DNA from: Lama guanicoe | Taxonomy: Eukaryota | Assembly (NCBI GenBank): GCA_013239625.1 | Contig: MU057350.1 | Span: 22,721,894-22,785,771 of the forward strand | Direction: 5' to 3' | DNA: 63,878 nt | Shown: in pieces, positions 11,959-23,504 of the stretch | How the letters are laid out: each line of letters starts with the position of its first letter | How positions within the stretch are numbered: position 1 is the stretch's first letter | Made by a program: the position numbers and the translations under genes | The notes under the pieces: model-generated | Seen by the model: the letters and a program-made list of their open reading frames with translations, nothing else | The model's database searches: none | Told to the model about the DNA's origin: nothing

Positions 11959-12721
11959 ATCTTCACAGCAACACGTAGACTGGCATTTGACCAAACAACT
12001 GGGCACCATAGCCTAGCCAAGTTGCCACATCAAATTAACCATCATAAGTATGTTATCTCTTATTTCAGGGAAAATTGTACCTGACCAAGCAGCGAACATG
12101 GAGTAAACCTTAGATCAACAACACACCATTTATAAAGGCACGCCAACATGGAAGGTACGACAAACAATCACCTGCTTAGCCCCCACTCCCAGGACCTCTG
12201 AGAAGTCGAGAAGAAGGAAGGTGCCCCGTGTGACTCAATGTACTCCGTGCTCACAGATGGCCTTGCTCTGAGCTGGCGTCCCAGGTTCTAGCCCCTCTGC
12301 CCTGTATGTGTGTGGCTTTCAGGTAGTTCACTAAGTGTCTCTAAGCTTCCTCGGCTGCCACTCATAATAAATACATCTGCTCTGCCTCCTGCATGGGGAA
12401 ATCGTGAAAATAAAATGAGGCAACCAGCGGGAGGGGCTTTGTAAGTAAAGTATCAAGAACCCTAATCTTAATAAGGCATTAACCTACCAGGACCCAATGC
12501 TCTGGATAGATGGGGTCCAGTTATTTTTACCAAAGCAAATAAAGGGCAACTCTCCTAGGCCATAAGTTTGACCTGACTGTAACATGAGCTGGCATCATCA
12601 TTAATGTTTTCAATTAAAATTGACTTTTTCACTTTCTTGGGATTTAGAATAGCTTTTGGGTGTGAATTCAGCAACCAAGTTGTCCAAATAGTAACTTTTT
12701 GTTCCCTCCTTCAATAACTTT

Positions 12722-12864
12722 AAAAAAATTTTTCTTTAAAATTTTCTTTGGGGGGGAGGCAATTAGGGTTTTATTTATTTATTTTTAATGGAGGTCCTGG
12801 GGCTAGAACCCAGGACTTCGTGCACGCTAAGCACGTGCTCTACCACTGAGCGATACCCTCCCCC
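12722..12864 (-). mobile_element. Camelid tRNA-Ala-derived SINE (Vic-1 type)
   Basis: Reverse-complement head GGGGGAGGGTATCGCTCAGTGGTAGAGCACGTGCTTAGCGTGCACGAAGTCCTGGGTTC; TSD TCAATAACTTT at 12711-12721 and 12869-12879. Confidence 0.92.
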
Positions 12865-13779
12865 TTTCTCAATAACTTTTCAGTGCATTTGAGCAGAACT
12901 CAAGCATTTGAGCAGAAAGCATGTCATCGCATTCGAGCAGGGCTCTAAGCAGCAGGTCCAGCAAGGGTTTGTTGGGATAATTCATTCATTATAGAGATAT
13001 TTATGGAGCCCTCACCATGTGCCAGCCATCAAACTGGGCTTTGGTTGGAGAGGGTGGTGACTTTCAGTGCTGAGCCCAGTCGTGGTAAGTGCTTAACAAA
13101 TGCCAGCTATTTATTATTTGTTCATACGTTATTATGTGACCATTTTTGAAAAAGAAAGACAGGATTACTGCTTTAAAATATAGGCAAGGCTGAGCCAACA
13201 TTCCTCCCAACCTTGGCAGCTTTTCCAAAGTTCTCAAGCCTGCTGCTCAGCGTCCGTTCAATATCACTCTGAAGTCAGGGCACCAGGGGTCCAGAAGAGT
13301 GAGGCAATCATCCTTTGGAAAACTTCACCATCAAAGGAAATTGTTCTGTGTTGTCTCTGAGAACACTTCACACTTCATTGGGAAGCTATAAAAACAATTA
13401 CCAGGTCATTAGTAAAGGTTATTTTTTTTTAAGATCCAAAAGCATCTCTCCTAGAATGACCTTAGCCAGCGTTTCAGTGAGAGACACTTGCTGCAGTGGA
13501 ACGAGTGAGAGCTTTGCAGTGGTAACTGAGGGTCCCAGCACTGGGCGCTTAACCTTCTCCAGGCTTTAGTCTCCCAAACCCTATGATGAAGCTGGGAGTC
13601 CCTGCCCATATCACTGGGCTGTTTGAGCAGTTGAAATAAAGGGGCTTCGGAATAACACCTGGCATTACCCTGGACACTTAGAAGGCACTCTGTAAGTATA
13701 ATTCCTTCCTTTCCTTGGTTCTATGTTTGGGGTCATTAGTATGAAGGGATAAAGCAGGAAGGATTGAAATGGACCCTGG

Positions 13780-14125
13780 ACCCATCAGGATAGGCTAGGT
13801 CACGCTGCAGTAACAACCCAAAAATCTCAGCAGCTGAAAACAGTTGAGTTCATTTCTCACTCACGCCACACGTCCATCATGGGTTGACAAGGGAGCTCTT
13901 CTTGCCAGAGCCACTCACAAGCCTAACAAAACCCTGACAGTTGCGCCATCTTGTTACATGGCTCCAGGATCACAGAGGGAAAGAAAGGGAACATGATGAA
14001 TCATATGCTGGCTCTTAAAGTTTCTGCCTGGAAGTGATGCACAGTAATTCCATTCACATTTCACTGACTAAAGCAAATCATGGGGCCACACCTGAAATCA
14101 ACAGGATGGGGATGTATCATGTTAC
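13780..14125 (-). mobile_element. Old MaLR LTR (MLT1J/K/L-like)
   Basis: CAGGATAGGCTAGGTCACGCTGCAGTAACAACCCAAAAATCTCAG...CACATTTCACTGACTAAAGCAAATCATGG. Confidence 0.75.
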
Positions 14126-14649
14126 GGTGGCATGGACTGAAGGTGTAGGAATAGACTATTGTATAGGAACTTGGACCAAGCCAATAGCCATCTGTAATAA
14201 AAAGTAGGTGGAAAGCTAACAAAACTTCAGGCTTTAAATATGGTCCATCCTGTCATATCCACTCAAGAGAACTGTTTTTCTGTTCCAGCCTCATAGGAAG
14301 ATCTGAAGAAAGATAAAGGATCCCTCCCCAAGAAAAAAATGCTCATAAAATATAAGTGGGAAAAAAATTACATGCAATGATCTTATTGCCATAGAAAGGT
14401 ATTTACTTCATCTGTGTTCAATCTTTAAAAAATCATATCTCCCACTTTTGATTATTGATTAATTCCAAGAAGGAAAATAAGAGCAATAAAATAAGAGTGA
14501 ATCTTAGATCTGTTCAAAAGTAATTTCTACTTTAAAAATGATGTTAGTCTTGAAACAGAAGTTGAGACTGTAATATATAGTTTGACATGGTCAGTGTGTC
14601 ATCTTTAATATCTGATTGGTTTCATTTTTCCTTTGGAAAATATTAAATG

Positions 14650-15420
14650 CTGATTCACAAAAGAATAAGTGCTCCTGAAGCTTTTCGCCAAGTGAGAGAA
14701 GATCTGTGCCAAGGAGCAACAGCATTCTCCAAGACAAGGTTTGAATCATAGATCCCAATTTTGGAGAGTCATTAACAAAATATCTAGCTAAAATGGTTTA
14801 AATTCTAAGAATGTATTTTTTACCAGGTAATCTGAAGATAGGGAGTTTCAATGTTAGTTCAGCAGCTCAACAATGTCAGAATTCTGGGTCAACTTCTCTA
14901 CAGTTCTCTTAGCCTCCCCCTCTTGGTCACAAAATGGCTGCAGCAGCTCCACACAACACATCCACATAGGACACTGTATCAAAAGAAATGTCAACAATTC
15001 CAGAGAAGTGTTGTCATTTGTCAGAGGTATTGCTTCAATTTTCTTTATCTGCTCCAAGTCCCAAATAAACTAGGTCAAATCCACAGAGCAAGGACTCCCC
15101 CAAATTTCTCTAACTATATATGACTTCTTTTACTTGAAAGGTGAATAAACAATTGTGGAAGACGTTTCAACAAAAGAATTTTGTGCCAAGACTGTACAAG
15201 TTTAAGCATAGATCCAGCCTTTTAAAAATCAAGACTTCTCATAAAAAATATCTGCATTGTCCAATGTATTTTCAGGGTGGACAGACTTAATTTTGCCACA
15301 CAATGGGTACTGTAGCTTTTTGAGGGGAATGGGAGGTGGGAGTCCTTATCATGTTCACTGATAAAAATCAAAACAAAGAATATATGTAAATGTGGACATC
15401 ACTTCTTTTCATTGATATTT
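14650..15420 (-). mobile_element. hAT-Charlie transposase coding fossil (inactive)
   Basis: Minus 15180-15001 translates in one frame as NSFVETSSTIVYSPFK*KKSYIVREIWGSPCSVDLT*FIWDLEQIKKIEAIPLTNDNTSL. This aligns without gaps to the recalled Charlie/SCAND3/ZBED-type segment (ALEASY..AK.KKPHTIGEELIKPC.VD....G....KKIEAIPLSNDTVSRRI). Also KLQYPLCGKIKSVHPE upstream and KLQEHLFFCES near 14651-14686. Confidence 0.8.
14815..14968 (-). mobile_element. MaLR LTR fragment inserted into the Charlie fossil
   Basis: GTTCAGCAGCTCAACAATGTCAG...GGTCACAAAATGGCTGCAGCAGCTCCA, characteristic of old MLT1 LTRs. Confidence 0.65.
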
Positions 15421-17439
15421 TCCAATTTAGGCTAGACTTGATGTAAGAAAGGCAGGAGTACACACTCACAATGGTGTGGTTATTGTGATCCATTCTTACC
15501 AGTGGGACACTCCGCTTCCCAACGGGAAGTCGATGTTATCGCTAATGTGTCTATTATCAAGCATGTAGCATGGACAGTAACATCTTTCTCATGCTACATT
15601 CATTTGCAGTGAAACCACACATTAAAAATATTTTTACATTTAAAATGAGCATATTATTTTCCCAAAGATAATTTACAAAGTGACACCAAAGAAAATCTGA
15701 AAAAAAAAGATAGACTTATCTTCCCACTAGGAGGATCATTCATGGTCCATGGGTAAAGGAATCTGCTTGTAAACCCGTTCCCCTCTTTTCCTAGCTGGAC
15801 AGAATGGTAAATGCTACTCCATGAGTTCTGCCTCTAGAACAACCTATGCAGGACATACTAAGAGATTGGGATGCAGCTAGTTTTCAACTCTTCACTGATC
15901 ACTTGCTCGACAGGTAGATACAACAGGTTTGAAAGAAAGGAGAGAGGATGAGGGTCTCTTTGGACGCACACAGTGGAGAGAAGAAAGCGTAATCTGCAAA
16001 GTGATGCAGACGTGGGTCATGCGTTTGAATCCTGACTTCCCCACTGTCTACATCTGGGACCTTTATCCAGCCTATAATTCTCTCCAAATTTCAATTTCCA
16101 TACCTGAAGAAGTGAAAGCCATCATTACCTTTATGGGGACTAAGCATTTTTAAATGACTAAAATTGATAGTGTTTATGACTAAAAGGGACCAAAGACTGT
16201 CTTATCACGTAAGAGTGACTGATGAGCTCATAGGACCAGGCTGAGGCTCTACCCACTAGCAAAGGAAGGAACCTCCTCTTCCCCAGGGAGCATATTTAAT
16301 GAAACAGTGGAAGAATGACAAAGTTGGTGTAAAATTCCATCCCCTACACTTACTCACAGTATCCGCCCTTTTCACTTTATTTGCATGTGATTTTACTCAT
16401 TATAATATCAGGAGCATAAGCAGAGGAGGACAATATCCAGGGTAACTAGGAGAGAAGCTGGTACCATCCATTCTTTGCTGAGACCACTAACCCACATGGC
16501 CAGTCCCCAGCTGCGTCCTGCACTCACTTTCTCTTGTGGTTACCAGATTGTTGAGTCTTACATATTTTCACCATAGTGCTCGTATATCTTACTAACCAGA
16601 CATATTTTTCACATTCTACTTATTGAATATATTTATTTCCACACACACAAGCATATGGCTCTTTATGTATAAGCATGAATATATGTAGGTACGTATAAGA
16701 TGTAGCATCTTACGTATACCAAATATATTTTATATACTTATTATTTAACCTAATAAAGGTCCTTCTTCCTGTACAATAGATTAAGACCTTGAACACTAGC
16801 CATCTATCTCTCTCTTATTATGAGAATTCTGATAAATGTTTATCTCCCTTTAAAAGAAACCCATTTCTGCATTTTTTCATATACTGATAGCATTTCACAT
16901 TTCCTACCTCCCAAGATGTTGAAGAAATTTGATCACACTTCCTGCATTGCCAGAACCTGTGCAAGGCAAAAGTTGCCAAGGATTCTGTGACTTCCTAGGT
17001 GATCTTAGGTTCTTGAGGTTGCCTTCAGGTTCCATATCTTCTCAGGCTGCCTCCAATCAGCTGCCTGGGGTAAAATGAAACTCAGCACCCTCCTCAAGTT
17101 CTCTGTGGTTACTCACGTCAGCTATAAGAGAAATGTATTATCCAAAAAGGCAAATTCATGGCACTTCTCCCACCCTCTTATCCTCTCAAATTCTGATGGG
17201 ATTTTACTCTGCATTTTTCTGTCTTATTCTCTCCAACCCCCTTTTTGGCCCCAAGTAGGCAGATCTGGGTCAGGGAGAGATGGAGGATCAAAAGGTGAAG
17301 ATTGCATCAGAAAATGTGGTGCTTTTTCTCCAAGAGAGGGAGTAAAAGAAAATAGTAGAAAAGTAATGAAAAGAAATGATAGAGGAAAACTAGAAATACC
17401 CTTTTGGGTTGAGTGTTAACAGAAAGTGGGTCCTAAAAT

Positions 17440-17690
17440 GTTATTTACTTAACAAACATGGATGTAGCTTTTCCTATGTATCAGGTACTGTTTTGAGGGT
17501 TTGACAAATATTAACTCATTTCATTCTCATCTCCATCCTAATAAGTAGGTACCATAATCATCCTCAACTTACAGGTGAGGACACACAGAGGTTAAGTGAT
17601 TCCCCAAAGATCTCACAACTTGTAAACGGCAGGACAAAAATTCAAACTCTGGCTGTCTGGCCCAGATTCCATGCTCTCAGCTCTGCTCGT
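17440..17690 (-). mobile_element. MIR SINE
   Basis: TTAACTCATTTCATTCTCA...ACTTACAGGTGAGGACACACAGAGGTTAAGTGATTCCCCAAAGATCTCACAACT. Confidence 0.8.
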
Positions 17691-17792
17691 GTGGTTTACT
17701 AACCTGGATGTCCTTGTATGAGATTACAGGCATTCAAGTAAAATTTGGAATTAGCTATTCATTTTGGCTAGCAGACTGCATTACTTTGTCTG

Positions 17793-17850
17793 TGACGTCA
17801 AACTGAGACTGGGCCACGTGGGACCCTGGAATATATGTGGCTTTTAAAAG
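17793..17850. promoter_or_regulatory. Full CRE + canonical E-box + TATA-like run (candidate regulatory module)
   Basis: TGACGTCA 17793-17800, CCACGTGG 17814-17821, TTTTAAAA 17842-17849. Motif evidence only. Confidence 0.35.
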
Positions 17851-18812
17851 AGCACCTGAGCTGGTGGGGTCTTCTGGAGATGGGGGTGGGGTGGGGTTCA
17901 CAGAGAAGAGATCTAACACAACTGAACAGCCCTCTGCCTCCTTCCTCCTCCCCTGCTTCGCCTTCTTAACTGTTTGCTCCAGGATTGCCTTGGGAACTCC
18001 AAGTTCTCCTTCAATTCTACAGCTTTTTTCAAGGGTCTTCTCTCAAAGACACATGCCCAGACCCACCACTGTGCTCAGATGATCAAATTTTACAGAAGTC
18101 ACTCTCCTTTAGACAATTTTCTGAGTTTGCCTTTGCTTGAATTCTCTTGTTTCGTGGGTTTCTAAAAGAGGAATCAGAACTCAGTTTGACTAGAGCCTTA
18201 TCCGTATAGCACTGACAGAGACAAAGGGAGAATACCCAGAATTATAAAGAAGAAACATTCAGAGTCACCCTTAAGAGCTGCCTTGGGAAAATGCTCCTGC
18301 CTGACTTTCCTGTGTTATCGAGTTTCCCTTCAATTCACTCTTCTGATAAGCAGAATCTAGATGTTGGTGCTTCCAGATATAATTGCTTATTGCTGAATCC
18401 CTGAAAAGCCAAGGCAGAGATATTTTTCAAAAATCTGGCTCCTTTGATATCAACAGTGACTTGGGCCCAGTGGAGAATGTTACGTCTTATTGCCAAATTG
18501 CAAAAACGCCCTCTTGAGTTTCCAAAAATATCTCCTTGCTGAAGAGTTGTTTGCCTCAGAGAGGAAGGGTGATGGGTCGAAACAGCCACTGAGTAGAAGG
18601 CAGAAGGCATTAGTCACACAGGGGAGAAGTTGCAGATAAATTTTAAGAGCCACTGCAAACTCAGGCCCATACGGTGTCCGGGGGCACTTTTCGTTTTAGC
18701 AGATATATCTTGGGATCTTTGAAGGAATGGTTGCACTGCCAACTCGTCAATTAATCAACCCTCCCAAGGTCGCCAGGGACACTGTGGATTGGGCCCGGGC
18801 AACAGGGGCCTG

Positions 18813-18944
18813 NNNNNNNNNNNNNNNNNNNNNNNNNNNNNNNNNNNNNNNNNNNNNNNNNNNNNNNNNNNNNNNNNNNNNNNNNNNNNNNNNNNNNNNN
18901 NNNNNNNNNNNNNNNNNNNNNNNNNNNNNNNNNNNNNNNNNNNN
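18813..18944. other. Assembly gap (132 N)
   Basis: Run of N. Confidence 0.99.
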
Positions 18945-19896
18945 ACCAAGCACTTCGAAGGAGGGTGTTGTTAACCCATTTAGAAACCCGGCTGAAGGAC
19001 ACACGGTTGGAAAACACGCCCAAGGAAATGAAAAAGAAAAAAGAACACTGCATTCTGCAGCAGTGGTGAGGCAGTCCATTCTCCAAACTCTTGTGATAAT
19101 GCCCTGCTGCGGTCATTACTAGTTTAAAGAATTGCTTCGTGGAGGTTATCAGCTATCTTCATTTGAACCATTAGCTGTGATTTGGATGGGATTGTTGAAA
19201 TCTGAGAGTAACAGTCCTGTAGTTTGTAAGGCCTGAGAACTTGGGGTCCTCTGGATGGATTCTGCCCTTGGATGGTTTTAACATGCAGAATATTCTTGCA
19301 GTGTCTCTATTGGCTTCTGAAACACTCAGTTGCCTTTTTTGACCAGCTGTGCACCTTCTGGGCCCACTTTGCACACAACCCCACCTGTCTGGCTCTTGAA
19401 GTTTTTTTTTCTTCTCTTGTGTGACCTTGATCAGACATTCCTCTGAAGCTGTGCTCATCTCTTTGCTGTCATTTGGCACATGTGAAATTCACACACATAC
19501 ACACCATACTCCCAAGGGTGTTCCAACTTGTGGGCTGCCACCCAGAAAATATGGGCTGGAAGTAATGCCAACTCCTGGATGCTAACGGGAACTCCCGCTG
19601 CCAACTGATGGCTGCACGCCCCTTATCAAATCCCACCACTAGGAAGCTCAGAACCTGTATTACAGGACTTCATCCCCCAGATCTCTTCAACGAACTGTAA
19701 TTGAACTTCCGGGCATCAGCTATTTCATCAGGAATCGTTTAAGGCCATCTTCACGTGTTTTGAGAAACCACTATCAAATTTTAATATATTGTTGGATGTC
19801 TCTTATCTAAGCAACCTGCAGGCTGGGTTACTCTCAGAGTTCAGAAGTGGGAAAAGAGTTTGCTTTCTGTCTTGATAACCAGACGTTCAGCACCTC

Positions 19897-20266
19897 TGTC
19901 TTAGTCAGACCAGACAGCCATAAGAAAATACCACCAACTGGGTGGCTCAAACAACAGCATTTTATGTCTCATAGTCGTGGAGGCTGGAAGTCTGAGATCA
20001 GGGTGCCAGCTTGGTCAGTTTCGGGGAGACCTCTCGTCCTGGCGTGAGGGTGGTACCTTCTCACTGTTTGTCCTCACATGATGGAGAGAGACACAGCTCT
20101 GTCGTATCTTTCCTTATGAAGACACTAATCCTGTCAGGTCACAGCCCTCCCCTTATGACCTCATTTAACCTTAATTACTCCTGTAAAGGTCTCACTCCAA
20201 ATACACCATGTTGGGGGTTAAGGCTTCAACAGACGAATGGGGAGGGGGCACAATTAGTCCATAACA
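19897..20266 (-). mobile_element. MLT1A/B MaLR solo LTR
   Basis: TGTCTTAGTC...GGAGGCTGGAAGTCTGAGATCAGGGTGCCAGC...ATGACCTCATTTAACCTTAATTAC...GTCCATAACA. Confidence 0.9.
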
Positions 20267-20267
20267 A

Positions 20268-20966
20268 TGAAACAGGGCAGCACCCTATGGGGCCTTCCCA
20301 GAAAAGACACCCTGCCGGCCCCCTGCCATGTCCTCCACCTGCCTCTTGTCTGTAAAAAAAGCTTTAGTCAAAAAATAAGTTTAATCAGAGAAATAGGAAA
20401 ATACAGAAACAAAGCAAAATAGTTAAGCAAAGCAAAATAATAATAGTTTAGTCATTAAACAAAGTCAAGGACCTTTAGGTCCTCCTTAAGGGCTAGAAAT
20501 AATATTCTAAGCCATATCCTTTGAGCTGTCTTGTAGATCCTGAAACCCCCACCAGATGGAAGAAGTTAACTGCATGATGACCAGACTATGGCCATGACAT
20601 CAGCTGCCACAATTCCCAGAACTGGCCTCAAGGAAATGGGAACAAACTGACCCTGGAACTGAAGATTAACTGTACTTAAAACAATCAAGATGATGCCGAT
20701 CGCACCACCGCATGACTAACTCCAAGGTGAAGGTCAGAGCTGACTGTGCTGTTCTGCCTGCAGCCCCCTCCTCTGCCTATCTACCCCTGAAACTCCTCTT
20801 TAAAAGTTCTTGCCTGCTGATCAGCACTGTGGAGTTGGCCTTTGGACACAAGTCCAACTTCTCCCCTGGTTGCTGGCCTCTAGAATAAAGTCAACTTTAC
20901 TTTCCACTGATTCTTGCCTCTACTGACTTTTGAGCAGTCAGCAGTTGGATCTGCAGTTCAATAATA
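20268..20966 (+). mobile_element. ERV1-class solo LTR, probably lineage-restricted
   Basis: TG start, TTTAAAA TATA-like near 20798, AATAAA at 20884, end ...TTCAATAATA; flanks ACAA / GCAA (3/4 TSD). Confidence 0.8.
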
Positions 20967-21726
20967 GCAACACATGTACACAAGCCATCCACATCTTCCT
21001 CTCCCTTGGTGCTAGACATACCACAGCAAAGTTCTGGCCTTGAGTTCATTAGCCTTTTTAATCTAGATTTCCACTTCTAAGTTGTCCTGACCCTCCTGGC
21101 ACTCATTCCTCAGCTCTTGTTCCTTCATCCTTGTAATGATAAGGGGTTTTGTTCCATTAGTGTTTGTTTACTCCCTGTGTGTAGATATGTTTTAATGACA
21201 AATCTTCCACATACATTTTGTAAGATGATGGGATATAAGCATGATAAATATAAGGGAAAAGAAGGTGTCATGACACCATGAGAAAAGACACACTTCAGGC
21301 ATGTTTGCCTGTTTGTCTTGGAGGCCTGGCTTAGCCTGTTTCTGAAGGTCTTAGCTTGCAGCGTCCATAAAACTAAAGCTGGGCTTGTCGAAAGGTCTGA
21401 TAACGATGGTTGGTGATGCTGAAAAACAGCAGGTGAACTCTGTGTTCTGTCCTTTTCTTCAGGAAAGTTACTCCCAACAAGAGTATTAGGACTTGGTAAC
21501 TGGATTCTTCATCAGCCACTGACTTAATAAGTAGCCATCTTTTGTTTAGAATCATAGATATTTGACCAATCACTTGATTCTTCCCTGTTATTCATGTCTC
21601 ACGCCCAATCTTTTATGAGCTTTTAATGATTCTACCACCTCATTATTTCTCAAATATGTTTTCTTCCTCTTCATCTCCTCTACCCACCTCCCCTTAGTTT
21701 TGGTCCTCACATACACTGTTAAACTC

Positions 21727-22222
21727 TGTAGTAGACATCTGTCATACTTTGGGCCACTCAGAACCCCTTCTATATTTTGAAAATATCTTCACTTTCATAA
21801 GACAGAAGCCAAAAACTGGTTTTCCCAGCATCTCTTAAAACCAGGACACAGACATTAACTTGACCTCTAAGCAAACATCCACACAATGGACCTTGACTCA
21901 GAAGAGGAGATGCAGTGAAGCCATTGCCACATGGAATTCACCCTGGCAAAGGGGGTGGCAGAATCTTCTGGTCTCCAGAGACAGTGGCCCTGGAAGTCAT
22001 GTACAGCATCTGCCCAGTGACGTCCCCATGATGGTGGCAGAGGGTGTCACGACTACAGCTGTTCCCAGACATGGTCTGGGCCCAGTTGCTGGTTTCACAA
22101 CAACTCTCTGGCTCTCCGAGAGATTCTAGGGCTTGCCTCCTACCCCCTAACAACTCATGTTCTGCTAAAACGAGCTGGAGTGGTTTTTCTGTTATTCACC
22201 ATTAAGAACTCTGTCAGATAAA
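21727..22222 (+). mobile_element. LTR33-like ERVL LTR
   Basis: TGTAGTAGACATCTGTCA...TTTTCCCAGCATCTCTT...GCTGGAGTGGTTTTTCTGTTATTCACCATTAAGAACTCTG. Confidence 0.65.
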
Positions 22223-22274
22223 ATCTTAGTTTCAAACAACAGAATCTGCCTCTGATTAAGTAGAAAAGTCTTGG

Positions 22275-22552
22275 ATTATATGTGGAATCTAAAAGAACAC
22301 AATTAACTAGTGAATAAAACGAAATAAGTAGCAGATTCACAGATACAGAGAACAAACAGTTACCAGGAGGGAGGAGAAGGGGGCTGGGGGGAGGGTTATT
22401 ATGGGATTATATGAAATCATCTGTGTGAAACTTTTGAAAATTATCAAGCGCTATAGAATTTAAAGAATCTTTCATTCAATAAAAATAAATAAATAAATAA
22501 ACAAACAAATAAATAAATAATTTTTAAAAAAACAAAATCAAAAACAAAAAAG
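22275..22552 (+). mobile_element. 5'-truncated L1 3' end with (AAAT)n/A-rich tail
   Basis: TATATGTGGAATCTAAAA...CAGATTCACAGATACAGAGAACAAAC...CAATAAAAATAAATAAAT. Confidence 0.8.
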
Positions 22553-22567
22553 ATGCCAAGTGACCCC

Positions 22568-22965
22568 CACTTTCAGAAAGATGCAGTAGACATTCTTCCT
22601 CCTATTCCTCCTGCCAAGTACAACTAAAAACACTAGCCCTTATATAGACAAATATAAGAAGTCTCTGAAAGAAGGCTGACTGGTTAGGGAACTTGGGGTC
22701 CAAGGAATGACATGTGATGAGTTCCCTGGATTCCCTTTTTGCCTCTCATCTACCAAATTGGATACCAAAGAAATTAGAGATCCAGAAGCACCAATGAGTA
22801 CAGAACAAAAGTCCTACAGACGACTGCTCTCTCCCAAAATGACCAGGACAGGGAAACCAAGCAAGACAGAAAACGTTAAGACAACAACCACCCTCCTCCA
22901 GCCAAACACCCCAGAAAACACTGCAGCGCCTCCCCCACCCTGTCAGATTTTATCCCCCCGCAGAT
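22568..22965 (+). mobile_element. Old L1 5' UTR fragment (L1M-type)
   Basis: AAGATGCAGTAGAC...TTCCTCCTGCCAAGTACAACTAAAAAC...ATAAGAAGTCTCTGAAAG...GAGTTCCCTGG. Confidence 0.6.
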
Positions 22966-23229
22966 AGTGATGGAAGAAGCTACTCATAGTCTAGCCCACT
23001 CCCGGCAAGGTCTGGCTATGCTTCTGATCCGTGGGTTCTACCAAATTCCCCCTTTTTACAAATCTCCCTTTTAATTTAAGCAGTTTGAATAAGTATCCAA
23101 GCCTCACATCCAATCACACTCAGGCTCAGACAAAGAAAACTCAGGACGCCTGGTACGTGTATGTACTAAGTGTTCAAAAGATGGTGTTGGTCTCCAACCT
23201 GCCCCTGAGAGTATTCTCCAAACCTCCAA

Positions 23230-23500
23230 CCCAGTCTTCCTTTCTCAAGTGCAATGTCACTTTCTCTGGGAAGTTGGAGAGGGCCTCTCTAACCTGATGC
23301 TCCAAATCATGCCTCCCCACGGGGCCTCTGGTCACCACCCTTCCTGGTCCTAATTGCGTGTGTAGTTGTACATTCATCTGTGACTGTCCTCCGCACCAGC
23401 CGAGGCTCCCTGGGAAGAGGCAGCACGTTAATGCACGCACCCAGCAAGACACAAAGCACAAGACGCATAGTAGGTGCACAATTAATAGCACTTGAGTGAA
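23230..23500 (+). mobile_element. L2 3' end
   Basis: AATGTCACTTTCTCTGGGAAG...CATAGTAGGTGCACAATTAATAGCACTTGAGTGAA. Confidence 0.6.
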
Positions 23501-23504
23501 CCAG

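Larger units (their letters stand above)
11153..12046 (-). mobile_element. MLT2 (ERVL) solo LTR with nested L1 and SINE
   Basis: GTATTAGTCAGGGCTCTCCAGGGAACAGAACCAATAGGA ... CCTAGCCAAGTTGCCACATCAAATTAACCATCATA. Confidence 0.85.

Noticed and set aside
12885-12940. CRISPR-like repeat-spacer pattern
   Set aside because: Repeats only 12-14 bp, spacers 5 and 11 bp, mammalian context, no cas genes.
16219-16270. Hammerhead ribozyme core CTGATGAG
   Set aside because: No GAAA after the putative stem II and no closing stems.
16689-16719. Inverted repeat TAAGATG-tag-CATCTTA
   Set aside because: Only 7 perfect pairs in AT-rich low-complexity DNA; too short for a miRNA or MITE call.
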